Source: Octopus vulgaris (Eukaryota). Taken from it: a stretch of DNA of 64,000 nt. Numbering within the stretch: position 1 is the first letter of the stretch; every line of letters starts with the position of its first letter. The stretch covers positions 8,494,001 to 8,558,000 of the forward strand of contig OX597823.1 of assembly GCA_951406725.2 (NCBI GenBank), written 5' to 3'. Shown here piece by piece: positions 41,621 to 56,283 of this stretch. The position numbers were made by a program, and so were the translations under genes. A model generated the notes under the pieces. It saw only the letters and a program-made list of their open reading frames with translations. It did not search any database and was not told where the DNA came from.

Positions 41621-41843
41621 GTACATTATTATATATGAAAGCTTTTATATATTTACCACCGTGTTATTCATAATTTACTTTACAGTGTATATATATATAT
41701 ATTATATATATATATGTATGTATGTATGTGTGTATGTATGTATCTATCTATCTAACTATTTATCTGCCTATCTATCTATATACGTATATGTGTGTATTTG
41801 TATGTATGTATATATGTACATATGTGTATACACACACACACTC

Positions 41844-41876
<33 letters not shown>

Positions 41877-42087
41877 AATAAATATATAGACACTCAAATA
41901 TATGCATATATATATATTGTGCATATGTATGCACATATAACTGATTATGTATATTAACATACGTATAATGTATATGAATATATATATATATATATATATA
42001 TATGTGGGTGTGTGTGTGTGTGTGTACAAGTGTATGTATGTATGTATGTATGTATGTATGTATATATATACATATATATGTATATAT

Positions 42088-42373
42088 GTGGTTAGGGCAG
42101 CGGACTCGCGGTCGTAGGATCGCGGTTTCGATTCACAGACCGGGCATTGTTAGTCTTTATTGAGCGAAAACACCTAAAGCTCCACGAGGCTCTGGCAGGG
42201 GGTGGTGGTGAACCCTGCTGTACTCTTTCATCACAACTTTCTCTCACTCTTTCTTCCTGTTTCTGTTATACATGTATTTCAAAGGGCCAGCCTTGTCACA
42301 CTCTGTGTCACGCTGAATCTCCTCGAGAACTACGTTAAGAGTACACGTGTCTGTGAAGTACTCAGCCACTTAC
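42088..42373 (+). mobile_element. SINE family B, truncated at both ends
   Basis: GTGGTTAGGGCAGCGGACTCGCGG...CTCAGCCACTTACA. Confidence 0.88.
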
Positions 42374-42950
42374 AATTTATGTGGTGCCTTTTTGAAAAGA
42401 TATTATTAATTCTTAGATCATTTTCTGTCTTCCTTAGTTCTCTGTCTTTCGGCGATATTGGTACAATAGTATAACATATTTTGTTCTTATGACCATCAAA
42501 ATACGAGCTTTCGTATAACTTTGGTAGTAGAAGTGCAGAGAAGAAAAAGCCTGTTATTGATTGGTGAATAATATTTAAATTATTGAAAAATTGGATGACA
42601 AGGAGTGAGAATAGTTAACATTTTTGGAATTCTTTCAACTTTGCATCTTCATCGGCAAGTAAAGCCATCTTCATGTTAGTTAGGTTTAAGAGTCTTTTAA
42701 TTAGCAATTTTGTTATTGATCAAATTATTTCTCTCCAAACGAAATCCATGCATAGATTTATAATCAGTTTCTTCATAGTGAGTCTATTCTGAAAGAAGAA
42801 AAGGTTCATTTGTATATCATAAGCCAACTTAATCTTTTAAAAACATATTAGAATTTGTGAATGATAAAAATGCTACTGATTGTTATTGAAATAACGTTAG
42901 AAAAGCACATATCGATATCAAGATGGAAAGAAAAGGAAAATTAAATATAT

Positions 42951-43460
42951 TCTCTTATTCTCTTATTCCCTTATTCTCTTATATGTTTCAGTCCAATGAC
43001 AGTGGCCGTTGTAATCATCATTTCTCTTTCCACCTTTGTCGGAGCAGCTTCTGGTGAAGGATGGAGTTCGATGCTACTGCCCTCTTTTGAGTTTCTTGCT
43101 TAGATATTGGCTCATCCGGGATCTCGGCGAGCTAGAGGTCATGTTCATGTTTGAAAACGTCTACACCCACTCCATGGAGGCTCCTGGGATGCATCGGTTG
43201 AAAGTTAAACAGCTGTGGGCACTTGAAACGCAAGCTATTGCAGTACATCGTCCTTGCCCGAGATGAAGCAGTCGGCACAATGGGGACAGCACAGTGACAT
43301 CCTATTCGTGGTCTGGTATAGCTCTTTATTCCAAAGTTTGGTACCAGTCCTTCCAGTATCTTCCATATATATATATATATCACTGCATACCTCTCCCGCC
43401 TTCGTTCTAGTGTCGCGGCTCTTTCAACCTGCCCCAGTAACTCAATCGTTCCATGGATGC
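42951..43460 (-). mobile_element. CR1/L2-group LINE 3' end (ORF2 C-terminus, stem-loop tail and (AATAAGAG)n)
   Basis: LERRRERYAVIYIWKILEGLVPNFGI..YCNSLRFKCPQLFN..LHGVGVDVFK..IPDEP. Tail reads GGCCACTGTCATTGGACTGAAACAT. Confidence 0.8.
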
Positions 43461-43761
43461 AACTTTCTTTGTGCATATTAAAAAAGAAATAAAAATACCA
43501 GACTAGCAAAACCTGCGAAATTTAAGCTCGACATTATCGGGTGTAATTTTAGACCGGATAAACAACTAAAAGCCAGCAGTGCTATGTCGCCAGAAAAGCT
43601 GGGGTGAAAATTTGACTCGACAAATAATAAAATAAAGGACTGCCTTCTCTGTTTCTTTTCTCTCATATTTTCTTCAAGTTTACTTTCTTCACATCAATAA
43701 CTCAACAGTTTCCTTTCGCAGGAGTTAGTGTATATGTAAATATATATGTGATGCGCAAAAG

Positions 43762-44214
43762 CCCGGCGTTGCTAACGATTCTGCCAGCTCGCTGCCTTAA
43801 TAATAATAATAATAATAATTTCAAGCTTTGACACAAGGGCTGCAATTTTGGGGGAAGTGATGAGACGATTAGATTGACCCCAGTGTTCAAATACTATTTA
43901 TTTTATTGACTCCGAAAGAATGAAAGGCAAAGTCGACTTCGGTGGAATTTGAACTCAGATCAGAGTGACGGGAGAAATACCTATTTCTTTACTACCCACA
44001 AGGGGCTAAGCACAGAGAGAACAAACAAGGGAAGACAAAAGGATTAATTCGTTTATATCGACACCGGTGCGTAACTGGTACTTCTTTAATCGACCCCGAA
44101 AGGATGAAAAGCAAAGTCGTCCTCGGAGGAATTTGAACTCAGAAAGTAGCGGCAGACGAAATTTTGCTAAGCATTTCGCCCGGCGTGCTAACGTTTCTGC
44201 CAGCTCGCCGCCTT
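43762..44214 (-). mobile_element. cluster of SINE C copies (fragment 43762-43798, variant 43815-43975, full copy 43983-44214)
   Basis: Repeated GGCAAAGTCGAC.TCGG.GGAATTTGAACTCAGA and GCCAGCTCGC.GCCTT. Confidence 0.85.
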
Positions 44215-44573
44215 AATATTAATGATAATAATAATGATAATGAAAAGCTCTAAGCATATTCTCCGAAATGTACAAAATTCCTGTTTCAAGAATGTAGACT
44301 CTTAATGTATTTTTAAAAGCATGAATATTAAAAGCGTAGAACATTCATAAATGAAACACAAATGTTTCAAACAGGAAATCATTAGACAAATACTAAATGC
44401 GCTACAAAACGATATGAAATGAAGCAAATTATTTTTACCTAGCTGTTTCCTTATAAGTCGCAGATGTGAATTAGTCGTTTTGTGAAAAATAAGAATCATT
44501 GATAGGGAAGGAGAATAATGCAGCATTAATTTCGATTTACTTAGAAGTAAATACTGAAACCTTTTATTCAGTA

Positions 44574-44974
44574 CTAGCAGTATCGCCCGGCGTTGCTCGG
44601 GTTTGTAAGGGAAATAACTATATAAGCATTTTTAGAGATGTAAAGTATAATAGCCATCTCAATATGGCTAACCACAAAGGAAAGGGGGGGTGTTACTGTA
44701 GCTTTTTACGTTCTGAGATTTAATAATAAATTTTTAGAGAGTTACTTCCCTTATATATGCCAAAAATGCATTAAAAATGGGAAAAATTGATAGTAATTTT
44801 TTTTTTAAATCGTAGACTCATCGTAGACGTGCGCTAATACCCAGAAGGGCTCGATATGAATCACGACTATAAGATACCCGGTTTTGGTTAAACTGCATCG
44901 CAAAATGTGGGAGTAGTTAGGAATCTAAATCGTAGGAGACAGACAGCACACAACCTCTCTTTTATATATAAAGA
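44574..44974 (-). mobile_element. non-autonomous Helitron (family H1) with an extra internal segment
   Basis: Same termini as the 12786 and 13639 copies. An extra ~95 bp lies at about 44638-44735. Confidence 0.85.
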
Positions 44975-45372
44975 TAGACTCTAGAGGATAGAATAACTGT
45001 AGATTAAGTAACTTGTTAGGAAATTATTCCGTGACGAAATTAAAAATTAAAATCTGTTCTAATGGAAATTGAAACCACCAAATTATAAATGGGCTTTTGT
45101 TTTTTTTTTCGATGGAATCCAATTGAGATCGAAAAGAAAAAAGTAAGGTAAAAAAAGGACAGAGAGGAGTGGCTGTGTGGTAAGTAGCTTTCTTACCAAC
45201 CACATGTATCCGGATTCAGTTCCACTGCGTGGCATCTTGAGCAAATGGCTTTTACTATAGCTTCGGGCCGACCAAAGCCTTGTGAGTGGATTTGGTAGAG
45301 GAAAACTGAAGGAAGCCCGTCGTATATATATATATATATATATAGATATATACGACGGGCTTCTTTCAGTTT

Positions 45373-45423
<51 letters not shown>

Positions 45424-45476
45424 GAAAATAAGATAAGGTGGAAAATGCTAAAATAATTTTATCATGAAGTAAATAT

Positions 45477-45512
45477 TAGTACTGGTTTCCGTTTTTAAGA
45501 CTTTTTCAGTTA
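45477..45512 (-). ncRNA. degenerate minimal hammerhead motif
   Basis: Minus strand reads TAA-CTGAAAA-AGTCTTAAAAACG-GAAACCAGTA-CTAA. Its segment runs to (TA)n at 45420. Confidence 0.45.
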
Positions 45513-45600
45513 AGGGTAAAATAAGAAAAACAATTAAATTGGAGAAAAAATTAAGTGAAATACACATTTTTTTCTCTCCTTGTTTTTTTTTCTGTGTCCC

Positions 45601-45634
45601 TTTCTGTAGAAGAGCGTACGCTCGAAACGTAAAA
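45601..45634 (+). ncRNA. minimal hammerhead motif (A6>T variant)
   Basis: TTT-CTGTAGA-AGAGCGTACGCTC-GAAACGTA-AAA. Same design as 40828-40862. Confidence 0.6.
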
Positions 45635-45735
45635 ACCTTTTTCTATTCCTAAGCATTATACTAATACATTTGTTTGTTTTGTACACCGCCTGTCTTCGTC
45701 TTTTGTTTTTTTCGTAAACTCTCCCTATATATGCA

Positions 45736-45852
<117 letters not shown>

Positions 45853-46692
45853 CTGTGTCTGTATCTGTGTGTGTGAATATGTTTGTGTGTCTGTGTTTGT
45901 CCCCTCAGCATCGCTTGAGAACCGATAGAATAAGTCCTGGGGTCGATTTGCTCGACTAAAGGCGCTGCTTCCGCATGGCCGCACCCAAATGACTGAAACG
46001 AGTAAAACAGTAAAACAGGGAAAGAATGTCGTAAATATGATAAAACAATTACCAAGACAGAATTGTTTAGTAATGAAATGATCCAAAGTAAATATTTATA
46101 TAGAAGGAGTTTAAAGAGCAATAATATGATGAAAACCTGGGAGAACACACCGAAAGTTGGTCCGGCAAATGACTCTTTAGTGCAAGGAAAACAGCAAATA
46201 AATATAAAAGCCAAATGAAACAGATTAAGGATCGAAAAGTTAGACGAGTTAAAACTATGAAAAACAAATAGAAATGGAGAATATAATAAAATGGACGTGA
46301 GTATTAGATGACCAAGAAGTATGAAACATTTAGCGCAATTGTCATAATCTGTCGTGGAAGTCCCTGCAATGCATTACGAATGTCTAGGAATCATTTTGTA
46401 TAAGTTGATAGAAAGCTATTAAATAAAGCAGATACACTTGAAATGTAAGCCCCGAGCGATTCATACACGTATTGTGCCGGTTACTTTAGGTAAATAATAC
46501 AACTGATTTATCTTTATCAACAGGACTTGAAACCCATTTGGAATATAATTAAATGGTGGTGGGGTGGGGGTGAACGCGAGAAACGACTTCGTGCCGACCT
46601 AAGTGCATTGAAGTATATTGTTATGTTGTCTCATTAAGCTCCAATTTAAAAATTCATCGGGCTGACGTTGCTTACTATCATGGTGGAGGTGC

Positions 46693-46758
<66 letters not shown>

Positions 46759-46844
46759 GAGAAGAAAAAAAAGAGAGGGAGAAAAAGCAACTGAGAGCCA
46801 TGCTAAATATATTACAGTATATTATTTCGTTTATATCAGTTCAC

Positions 46845-46990
46845 AGTTGAAATCTCAGTGGAGTTGATTTGGACTTTCATCCATCTCAGGTCGATAAACT
46901 ACATACTGTCATGATGCACTAAGGTCGTTGCATTGGACAATAATACAACCTCGACAACAATCGGCCTTGTGTCTCAGTAGGAAATAATTA
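46845..46990 (+). mobile_element. old SINE C fragment
   Basis: GAGTTGATTTGGACTTTCATCCATCTCAGGTCGATAAA..GGCCTTGTGTC. Confidence 0.5.
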
Positions 46991-47439
46991 TTAGAAATAA
47001 TGGTGATTTTAACTCTGCCATTGTTATAAAATATAGCTCTTGCGAATTTGTCGCTGAGTAACCAAAATTAGTCATGCTACAGTAGACGATAAGTTGTGTA
47101 GATATTTTTTCAACGGTGGCAGCCATGATAAAGCGGATTATGAAGCTTATGTAAACTGAACAAAAATAAAGTCTAGCTTATGTATCTACCTTATTCAGAA
47201 ACACCTTTTCAATTCTTGGAAAGTAGTTTTTGTAAGACACTATCTTATATACATTCACAAACAAGCACACACATACAAAGACACAGGTACAAAGACTCAC
47301 ACTCGCACACACACATACACACGCACACAAGCACACATTCGCGCGTGCGATAACACATATATACATACACGCACGCACACATACACACGCACGCACGCAC
47401 ACACGTACACATGCACACACATACACATACGCACACACT

Positions 47440-48538
47440 ATGGCTTCTACCAATTTGTGGGTTCTTATTTCTTTGTCCTCGGGATTATTCTTCCGACGGA
47501 TTTCATTATAGAGTGTCCTAGCTACAACGTCATGTCTCATCGGTAGACAATACCGTGATGACATTTTCGGTCAACTGCATATGATGTGGGTGATTCTTCT
47601 GTGTGAACCTCACAAAGTCAGCATCGGTTGTAAAATCTTACGGCTTTTCACGCATCTCTATCCCTTTTGTGCATCAGGTACTTAATCGATATTTCCTGTT
47701 CCTGGATTGCAAATGCATACCCTTTAAAGAGAGAGGTAGTAATCCAGCTATTGATCCATGATAAAAACTGCTTTGATGATCGATGTTACTATCATCACGG
47801 AGCTTTCTACTAACATATCCATGCGTAGTCTTCTGCACATATAGGCCCATTCTTTCATCTGATGATATATTGTAGTAGAGTCGTGCGACTTCTTTGGGCA
47901 TGTATCCAAGGTTATCAGACAGAGTGTTACTCAAGGAGCTGCCTTCCAAGTCTTATGATTTTATCAGCCTCATGTATGCAAACGTGGGCAAGAGATGCAC
48001 TTCGACACTTGATGGTTAAAAGATGTTGCCGAAGGGATCTGATGCATCATTCAAAGGCATTTAGGATCGATGTTAAGCCTCTGCCGTGGTGTTTTCGTTT
48101 TAGGTAGAGGCGGTCTACGTCACTGTTTATGTGGAAAATTATATGTGCTTCTTAGTATTTTTCAGGTTTTCGTATCAATGGCTCGGATATCATCAAGCGT
48201 CCAACCAAGCAGCCCAAATGTTGGTTTGGGAACTGGCACTGCAAGAACAATGTGGGCCACTGTTTTATTGAATGCAGAAAGTTCTGCTTCCAAATTTTCT
48301 TTATTCTGCTGTAATATTCTTCAGTAGTACGTGTTTTGTTACAAGTGCTATTGTAAGATATATTTTCATCCACCCCTAGATACCCGTAACATTCCTCGTC
48401 AGATCCAAGGGAAACAGGCAAATCATTGATGGAGATGTTACTAGTCTGGTTTATAGATCCCCCCTTTTCACAACCACATGACAAAATGTATGTCTGTATG
48501 TATATGAAATAAAATCTGATGTCATTCCCTACAGGCTT
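47440..48538 (-). mobile_element. degraded R4/Dong-type LINE (RT end to RHD motif)
   Basis: YGYLGVDENI..EEYYSRIKKIW, THGYVSRKL and YCLPMRHDVVARTLYNEIR. Contains frameshifts. Confidence 0.8.
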
Positions 48539-48564
48539 TTATGTTTTTTCATTGGTAATGCTTT

Positions 48565-48627
<63 letters not shown>

Positions 48628-48901
48628 TTATTGAATGCAGAAAGTTCTGCTTCCAAATTTTCTTTATTTTGCTGTAATATTCTTCAGTAGTACGTGTTTT
48701 GTTACAAGTGCTATTGTAAGATATATTTTCATCCACCCCTAGATACCCGTAACATTCCTCGTCAGATCCAAGGGAAACAGGCAAATCATTGATGGAGATG
48801 TTACTAGTCTGGTTTATAGATTTCCCCCCCTTTTCACAACCACATGACAAAATGTATGTCTGTATGTATATGAAATAAAATCTGATGTCATTTCCTACAG
48901 G

Positions 48902-48904
<3 letters not shown>
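48628..48904 (-). repeat. near-identical duplicate of 48266-48538, bounded by (TA)n
   Basis: TTTATTGAATGCAGAAAGTTCTGC...CTACAGGCTT is repeated with only a few differences. Confidence 0.92.
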
Positions 48905-48953
<49 letters not shown>

Positions 48954-48992
48954 CGTGTGTGCGTATATGTGTATATATATGTATATGTATAC

Positions 48993-49045
<53 letters not shown>

Positions 49046-51388
49046 CACACATTCATGCAGACATATATCCACACTCACTCACACACATGTACACACACAC
49101 GCACATACGCACGAGCTCGTATGCATACACGTACATATATACATACATTCATACATACATACATATGTATGTACATATATATGTAAGTATATGGAGTATA
49201 CAATACAGGCTTCCAGGCAACAGACGAATATTTAACTACGTCTGAAAGCATAAATGGTTAAATTCTAGAGAATTGTATAGATTACATTATCTGCAGGAAA
49301 TCAACAGAATTGGATTTAATTCAATTCCAAAAATAATATCATTTTAAGTTGGTTAATATTTTATTTATTTCATGGAAGGGTGATAAATATACCCACGTTT
49401 TCTCTCTTCCACAGGCAATGGTGTACACGATTGAACGATTAACTGTGATTACGGCAAATGATGAAGTAATAGTAGTTATGAAATTAAAATCAATATGAAA
49501 TAGTTACCTATGGAAATCTAGATGATCATGGACGGACTTACGCGAATAGGAAAAAAGATCTTCTCAGAGAAGATAAAATAATTGAAAGGAAGATGTATGA
49601 AGAGAGAATAGGTGATTTCGAAAGGTTGAGTTATACTTTCTAGCATTAGTCTGCCATATGCTATGCTGATACCTTGATTAGTTAATTTCTTGAAGTGATT
49701 CTTTGATATACAGGTACGGACGAATATATTCGCACTCGCTTGGAAGAGTATGCGCCACTTGCTTCTATTCTAAAACATGCTCTCTAAGATTTAAAGCAAG
49801 AAACTGAAAGGAGCAAATTTAAGACAGAAATCCTCATATTACGACCAAAATCTGAAACCAGTATATGTCTACACTTCTTGAAGGGGTCAGATATTTGAAT
49901 CCAACCACAAAGCATAGTAACTCAAAATCATGTTGCATTATCTCTTTCTTTGAGGAAAAAAAAAACTATTGCAGATAAATTTTCTCAAATGGCTATTTCA
50001 AGAAAAGTGATTTAAGTATCTTCTTTACATAAAAAAAATACTGAGTAATAACTGTAGTGGCGTGAACAAACGGCCGTGCAAGCAAATTATTCGTAGTATA
50101 AATTCACATGTTGGTATCTCATCCATTCATCCGTTTACAACACCTCTGCTTTCCTACAGGAATTTAACAGTAATTCAAGTCGTATTCTCTGCATGGCAAA
50201 GCTAGTTTCGTTATTGATTTTGTTGAACTGCTTTGAGCGAGACATTATTATATTGTGGATAGCAAACGTTAATAATGATAAATCAATATCAGTGAAATCT
50301 AATCTAGGAAGCTTTGATAAAAATACCTATGAATAGCAATTAGTCGATTGTTTTTTTTTTCCATTCGAAATTTCATTAATTTTTCTTGGCTTTGATTGTA
50401 ATCACGTGACATCACTAAGGAGAGCAAGTCGGACCTAACAAACTAACTTTAGGGTTATTATATCGATTTTACTATCATATTGGTCGATAACGCTCCCAGT
50501 ATCCATGCCTCGGAATAGAGATGAAAGAAAAACAATGAACATCACAAAATAAACTGAATCCAGTGATCGACCACACAAGGAAATGGAAATAGCCTCGAAG
50601 AGTAAAAATATAATAAAACGTTTGCTTTATGCATTGACGTAAATGTCATACACTATAAATTGCAAAGCTCATAAAGGTGGTCAAACAAAAAGACTATTTC
50701 CCCAACCACTCCATAATTGGTTCACCACATAGGGATCCAGTATGCGCTTATCATGCTTGGTCCACATGAACTGGTAAATAGAAAGTAAATAAATAGTTTA
50801 CAGATACCTACATGGACGGTTAGAAAAATATTTGAAAACAGCAATTTGTAATTTACAGGAACTTATATAAGGATATATAAGGTGTTGTGACATTCATGGT
50901 ATCATCACAGAACATTTCACTCTGACCTCGTTCCCTGATTCAAAATACTTCTTATTTTCCCCATGAACTGAGGGTTACAATTATTTGTCTCAGAACTCAA
51001 CGCAGTGCAGATGACTCAGTTTCACGTACTTTCGGCCAGCAAGCTATCAGCCGTATAACTGGAGCAATTTAATATTTCACTTAACTACTAAACTATATTT
51101 ATTACCAACAGGTTTATTTTGATTTAGCTGACAATTCTATATATTCCTCTCACTCTTTGTATGATCTAATACATTTCGCTTCTTACTGATTGATTATTTT
51201 CATGAGTGGTACATTTGTGAAATAATCGATCACATTTGATGTGCATCATGTACAGAAAGGCTACATGACGTTCCCTTCGTTGCATGTGGTTTTGTGGCGT
51301 AAAACCTGGTATGGTATTACGTCATATAAATATGGACGTAATTAAATTCATTAGAATAATATTTTTCTGGGCTCAGTGAAATTAATTC

Positions 51389-51440
<52 letters not shown>

Positions 51441-51959
51441 ACACACTCATGTATATTATTTATAAAACATACACACATACTCACATACAGTTACACCTAC
51501 GCACACACATATATGATTGCAGCGAAAAGGAAGAATGAGTACTCAACTCTACATATGTACATAAATGTGCATAAATATTTTCTTTGTTTCAATCTGCTGC
51601 CTATAACCTAAGGTTTCATGTGTTACGTATCACAATTTTCAAATGCCTGACATTTAAAAATAATAGTTAAAGCATCATTATTTTGGGCTTGGCTACGTGG
51701 AATCTCACCAGTATTAGGTGGTAAAAAAACCCAAAAAAACTATAGAATACAGAGGCAAGGGAGGCCATTATTCAGAGATTTGGCCGCGGTCGCTTTTCTA
51801 ACGTAACTTTTGATCTTGGTAATGGTGGAATACCGGTGCATGCCTTCAATTGTTGTCAGCAGTTTTGGTGCATATATTTGTGAACCAATGAATGTTTGTA
51901 TGGTAAGTCTGCATACAGGCTTGGTGTGAATTCAAATATATGGAAAATATGCATTATTT

Positions 51960-51962
51960 CTT

Positions 51963-51993
<31 letters not shown>

Positions 51994-52017
51994 TTATTAT
52001 TATTATTATTATTCTGT

Positions 52018-52087
<70 letters not shown>

Positions 52088-52092
52088 CATCA

Positions 52093-52166
<74 letters not shown>
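51960..52166. repeat. (TTC)n(ATT)n microsatellite
   Basis: Read directly. Confidence 0.95.
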
Positions 52167-52169
52167 TAT

Positions 52170-53804
52170 GGGTTTTTCTTCTTTCAAATTTGCTTCCGTT
52201 TCTTGCCGAGTGTCTTCCCGACTCCTAGGGCAAGGAAACTCATAGTATACATTGGTAGGCCATTAAACTAAACTCACTAGTTCTAAACTCACTAGTTCTA
52301 AACTCACTAGTTAAATTAAAATACATGGGTAGTAATAGTTCTCACATCGACAATGCTCTTCTCAATACGTGTGATGTACCAGTTAAGACAATCTTTTGCA
52401 CTTCTTGCAGAGATGGTAAGCCAGGGATCATTCTCATATAATTTTCGGTTCCCTTCTTGATCATTCCTAGTGTCCTACGATCACTGGTATTGTAACCGCC
52501 TTGAGATGCCACATTTTCCCAATTTCAATGAGAAGGTTTTTATATTTTCTGAGCTTGTCAAATACTTTCGCCGAGATATTATGATCACAGGAGATGCTCA
52601 TGTCGATCAATAAGCAGACTTTATTGTTTTGGTCTTTCACAACAATATCCGTTTTATTGGCTTTGATGGTTCGGTCTGTATGTACTGGAAAGTCCCACAG
52701 AATCGTTACATTTTCTCCTTCAGTTACAGCTTCAGGGTGGTGATTATACCACTTGTCGGCAGTTTTGATATTGTAATGCCGACTTATTAGCCAGTGTAGA
52801 TATTGGCCAACTCTGTCATGTCTTAATTTATACTCCACTGGTGCTAAGACTTTACATCCAGAGATTAGGTGGTCCACTGTTTCAATCGTGTCGTTGCAGA
52901 ATCGGCATTTTGGGTCTGCTCTATTTTTCATCACATTGGCCTGGTAGTTCCGGGTTAATAGGCTTTGATCTTGAGCAGCCAGGATGAAACCTTCGCTCTC
53001 TGCTTTTAACCCTCAGCTCTGTAGCCACTGATGGGTTTGCTTCTGGTCAACATCAGCTTGTTTGCTACGGGCCACATATTTGCCGTGCAGAGGTTTCTCC
53101 TCTCACCTATCAGCCAATTGCTCGTGCGCTTTTTTCGTTGCCATTATTTCCACCTTCTTTGCAACAATAGTTGCCGTACTTCCCTCGGGTTGTTCAGTTT
53201 GGGTATCCTGCACGAGATCAATAGCAAATTTTTTGCTTTCCTTTATGATAGAATGAAGTTTCTTTTGTGTCTCGTGATTTTCCACGAGCTTTAGCATCCA
53301 GTCATTCGTCATTTCAAGATATTTGGCCAGTCCAATTGTGGTTGTTTTGTAAGCTAGTTCAAATTGGATCAGGCCTCGACCTCCTTGGTCTCTGGGGAGG
53401 TAAAGGTGATCTACGTCTGTCTGTGGGTGGTGCATCCTATTACAACTCAGCAGCTTGCGTATTTTCCTATCTATATTCTCTACTTCACTCATATTCCAGT
53501 TCAACACATTATAGCTATAAGTAACAACTGGAACTGCTAAGGAATTTATAGCTAACACCTTGTTACGTGCATTTAGTTCAGATTTCAGGACTGCACGAAC
53601 TCTCCTATAACATTCCGTCCTGATCTTCTCTTTCATGCTTGCATGCTGAATACCAGAGCCTTCATTTATCCCTAAATATTTGTATGTTTGCTCTTGCTCA
53701 AGCTCTCTTATGACTGTCAACATCTAACACGACTGAATTTGTGGTCTTCACTTTCCCTTTCTGGAAAGTGGTCTTGGCACACTTCTCAAGTCCAAACTCC
53801 ATCC
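52170..53804 (-). mobile_element. 5'-truncated R4/Dong-clade non-LTR retrotransposon (RT end, CCHC knuckle, RLE, 3'UTR) in (TAA)n
   Basis: MEFGLEKCAK, YKYLGI, LYLPRDQGGRGL, CRFC..ETVDHLISGC, RHDRV and ILWDFPVHTD..DIVV..LLIDMS..K..KY. A few frameshifts. (ATT)n on both sides. Confidence 0.93.
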
Positions 53805-53823
53805 ATTATCATCATCATCATCA

Positions 53824-53918
<95 letters not shown>

Positions 53919-53921
<3 letters not shown>

Positions 53922-54388
53922 TAGTTTTATTTTTATAGCATGCTTTCACTTCACTACCGAGCGCAGCTCTGTGTGCCTTGGGTATGTGCTGTGATTTGTT
54001 GTGATGCTCTGATGGTTATTGTATGGAAAGTGTTCTGCGTAGGATGTGTGCAGTGCCTAGTAGTGCAATTTTCTGTATGTTATATGTGTTTGTAAGTCCT
54101 GGTGTTTTTGTTATGTATTTGTCTGAGTATTTTTTTATCATGCCTAATGCACCTACTATGATAGGAATTGTTTCTGTTTTCAGGTTCCACATTCTAGTTA
54201 CCTCTATTTCCAGGTCTTTGTATTTTGAGAGTTTCTCCATTTCTTTTAGAGACACGTTGTCATCTGCCGGTATTGATACATCAATTAGAAAGCATTTTTT
54301 TCTTCATGATCTCTGATAACTATATCTGGTCTGTTGGCCTTAATTTCTCTATCTGTGTGTATCGGCATATCCCAGAGTATGGTTGATT
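53919..54388 (-). mobile_element. second R4/Dong family 3' end
   Basis: TILWDMPIHTDREIKANRPDIV..CFLIDVSIP..EKLSKYKDLEIEVTRMW..IQKIALLGTAHILRR. Confidence 0.9.
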
Positions 54389-54420
54389 TATTATTGTTAT
54401 TGTTATTATTATTATTACTT

Positions 54421-55107
54421 TTTTTTCTTCTTTCAAATTTGCTTCCATTTCTTGCCGAGTGTCTTCCCGACTCCTAGGGCAAAGAAACTCATAGTATACA
54501 TTTGTAGGCCATTAAACCAAACTCAATAGTTCGTTAATTTTTTTTTTTAAGTTAAATTAAAATACATGAGCAGCAACAGTTCTCACATCGACAATGCTCT
54601 TCTCAATACGTGTGATGTACCAGTTAAGACAATCTTTTGCACTTCTTGCAGGGATGGTAAGCCAGGGATCGGTGCCCCAGCATGGCCACAGCTCATGGGC
54701 TGAAACTAGAATCAATCAATCAATCAATCATATAATTTTCGGTTCCCTTCTTGATCATTCCCAGTGCTCCTACGAGCACTGGTATTGTAACCGCCTTGAG
54801 ATGCCACATTTTCTGAATTTCAATGAGTTGGTCTTTATATTTTCTGAGCTTGTCAAACTCTTTCGCTGAGATATTATGATCACAGGGGATGCTCATGTCG
54901 ATCAATAAGCAAACTTTATTGTTTTGGTCTTTCACAACAATATCTGGTTTATTGGCCTTGATGGTTCGGTCTGTATGTACTGGAAAGTCCCACAGAATGG
55001 TTACATTTTCTCCTTCAGTTACAGCTTCAGGGTGGTGATTATACCACTTGTCGGCAGTTTTGATATTGTAATGCCGACTTATTAGCCAGTGTAGATATTG
55101 GCCAAAC
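54421..55107 (-). mobile_element. R4/Dong 3' fragment, same family as the 52170 copy, with a ~60-bp insert at 54671-54730
   Basis: Highly similar to 52170-52810. The insert reads GGTGCCCCAGCATGGCCACAGCTCATGGGCTGAAACTAG(AATC)n. Confidence 0.9.
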
Positions 55108-55187
<80 letters not shown>

Positions 55188-55246
55188 TTGTTTTTGTTGT
55201 TGTTGTTGTTATTATTATTATTACTATTATTATTTTTATTATTATT

Positions 55247-55631
55247 GTCTCTACAGAGCTTCTAACGCTGGAGATGTACTACGGCGTCAGCTGTTCACTA
55301 CCAGTGAACTTAGGTAATCTCTTATTTTTCGAGCACCACCCGGAGTATTCGAGTGGTTCCAAGCAGTGTTGTTTTCTGCAAGTTTTCCACCTTTATTGCA
55401 GCCCCTATTTGTTCCATGTACTCCTCAAGATTTCTACTCACTGGTCACAGGGCTCCAACAATTATTGTTAATACAATAAACCTTTTCCAGCGACCATAAC
55501 TGCTTTAACCTCCAAAGCTAACCTGTTATATCTATCAACTTTTCTTTCTTCCTCACCGCATACCTTGTTGTTTTCTTGGCATGCTATATCTATGATCCAG
55601 CATAGTTTCCTTTCTTTCCCAGTTAACACTA

Positions 55632-55633
<2 letters not shown>
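55247..55633 (-). mobile_element. third R4/Dong family 3' end
   Basis: IVLTGKERKLCWIIDIAC..KVDRYNRLALEVK and LQKTTLLGTTRILRVVLE. Flanked by (ATT)n. Confidence 0.8.
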
Positions 55634-55715
<82 letters not shown>

Positions 55716-55728
55716 TTATTATTATTAT

Positions 55729-56283
55729 TGAGTGAGAGAGCAGTTCATGCCATCAAAGTGACACTGGGGTAAAATATACGAAGCCCAATATACCCATCAT
55801 GACTACCCGTCTGATAAAGGTACACCAGGCACATGCATCACAACCATATGTGCGCGACATGGTGATCTCATATCAAGATAAACAGCACATGACCTTGCAG
55901 GTGGGGCCCAGTTTGAATTTTCTTCAGGTTGAGTAGCCCATCCCGCTCAAACGGTCCCCGAATAAGGGTTGTTTAAGGATGTTGAAAGAACCACCCATGT
56001 TTCCAGAGGTGAACTATTCAAACCCCAAAGCATCCCTCTCAACACATGGCTATGATGCTCCCCCACTACTTCTGCTCATGATCAGAGATGCATATATCGT
56101 CAGCCACTAAGGGACATGCTCAACTGGTTAAGGTCAAACAACTGACAAGCAAATCTGTGGTATTGAGCAGAATATTTGCTGTAGCCCATCTTTTATACCA
56201 AGACAAAACAATGTACATGATAACACTTCCAATCAGTTAAGATCAGAAGCCATGAGAGCCACTGCCTGGTACTGCATCAGGGC

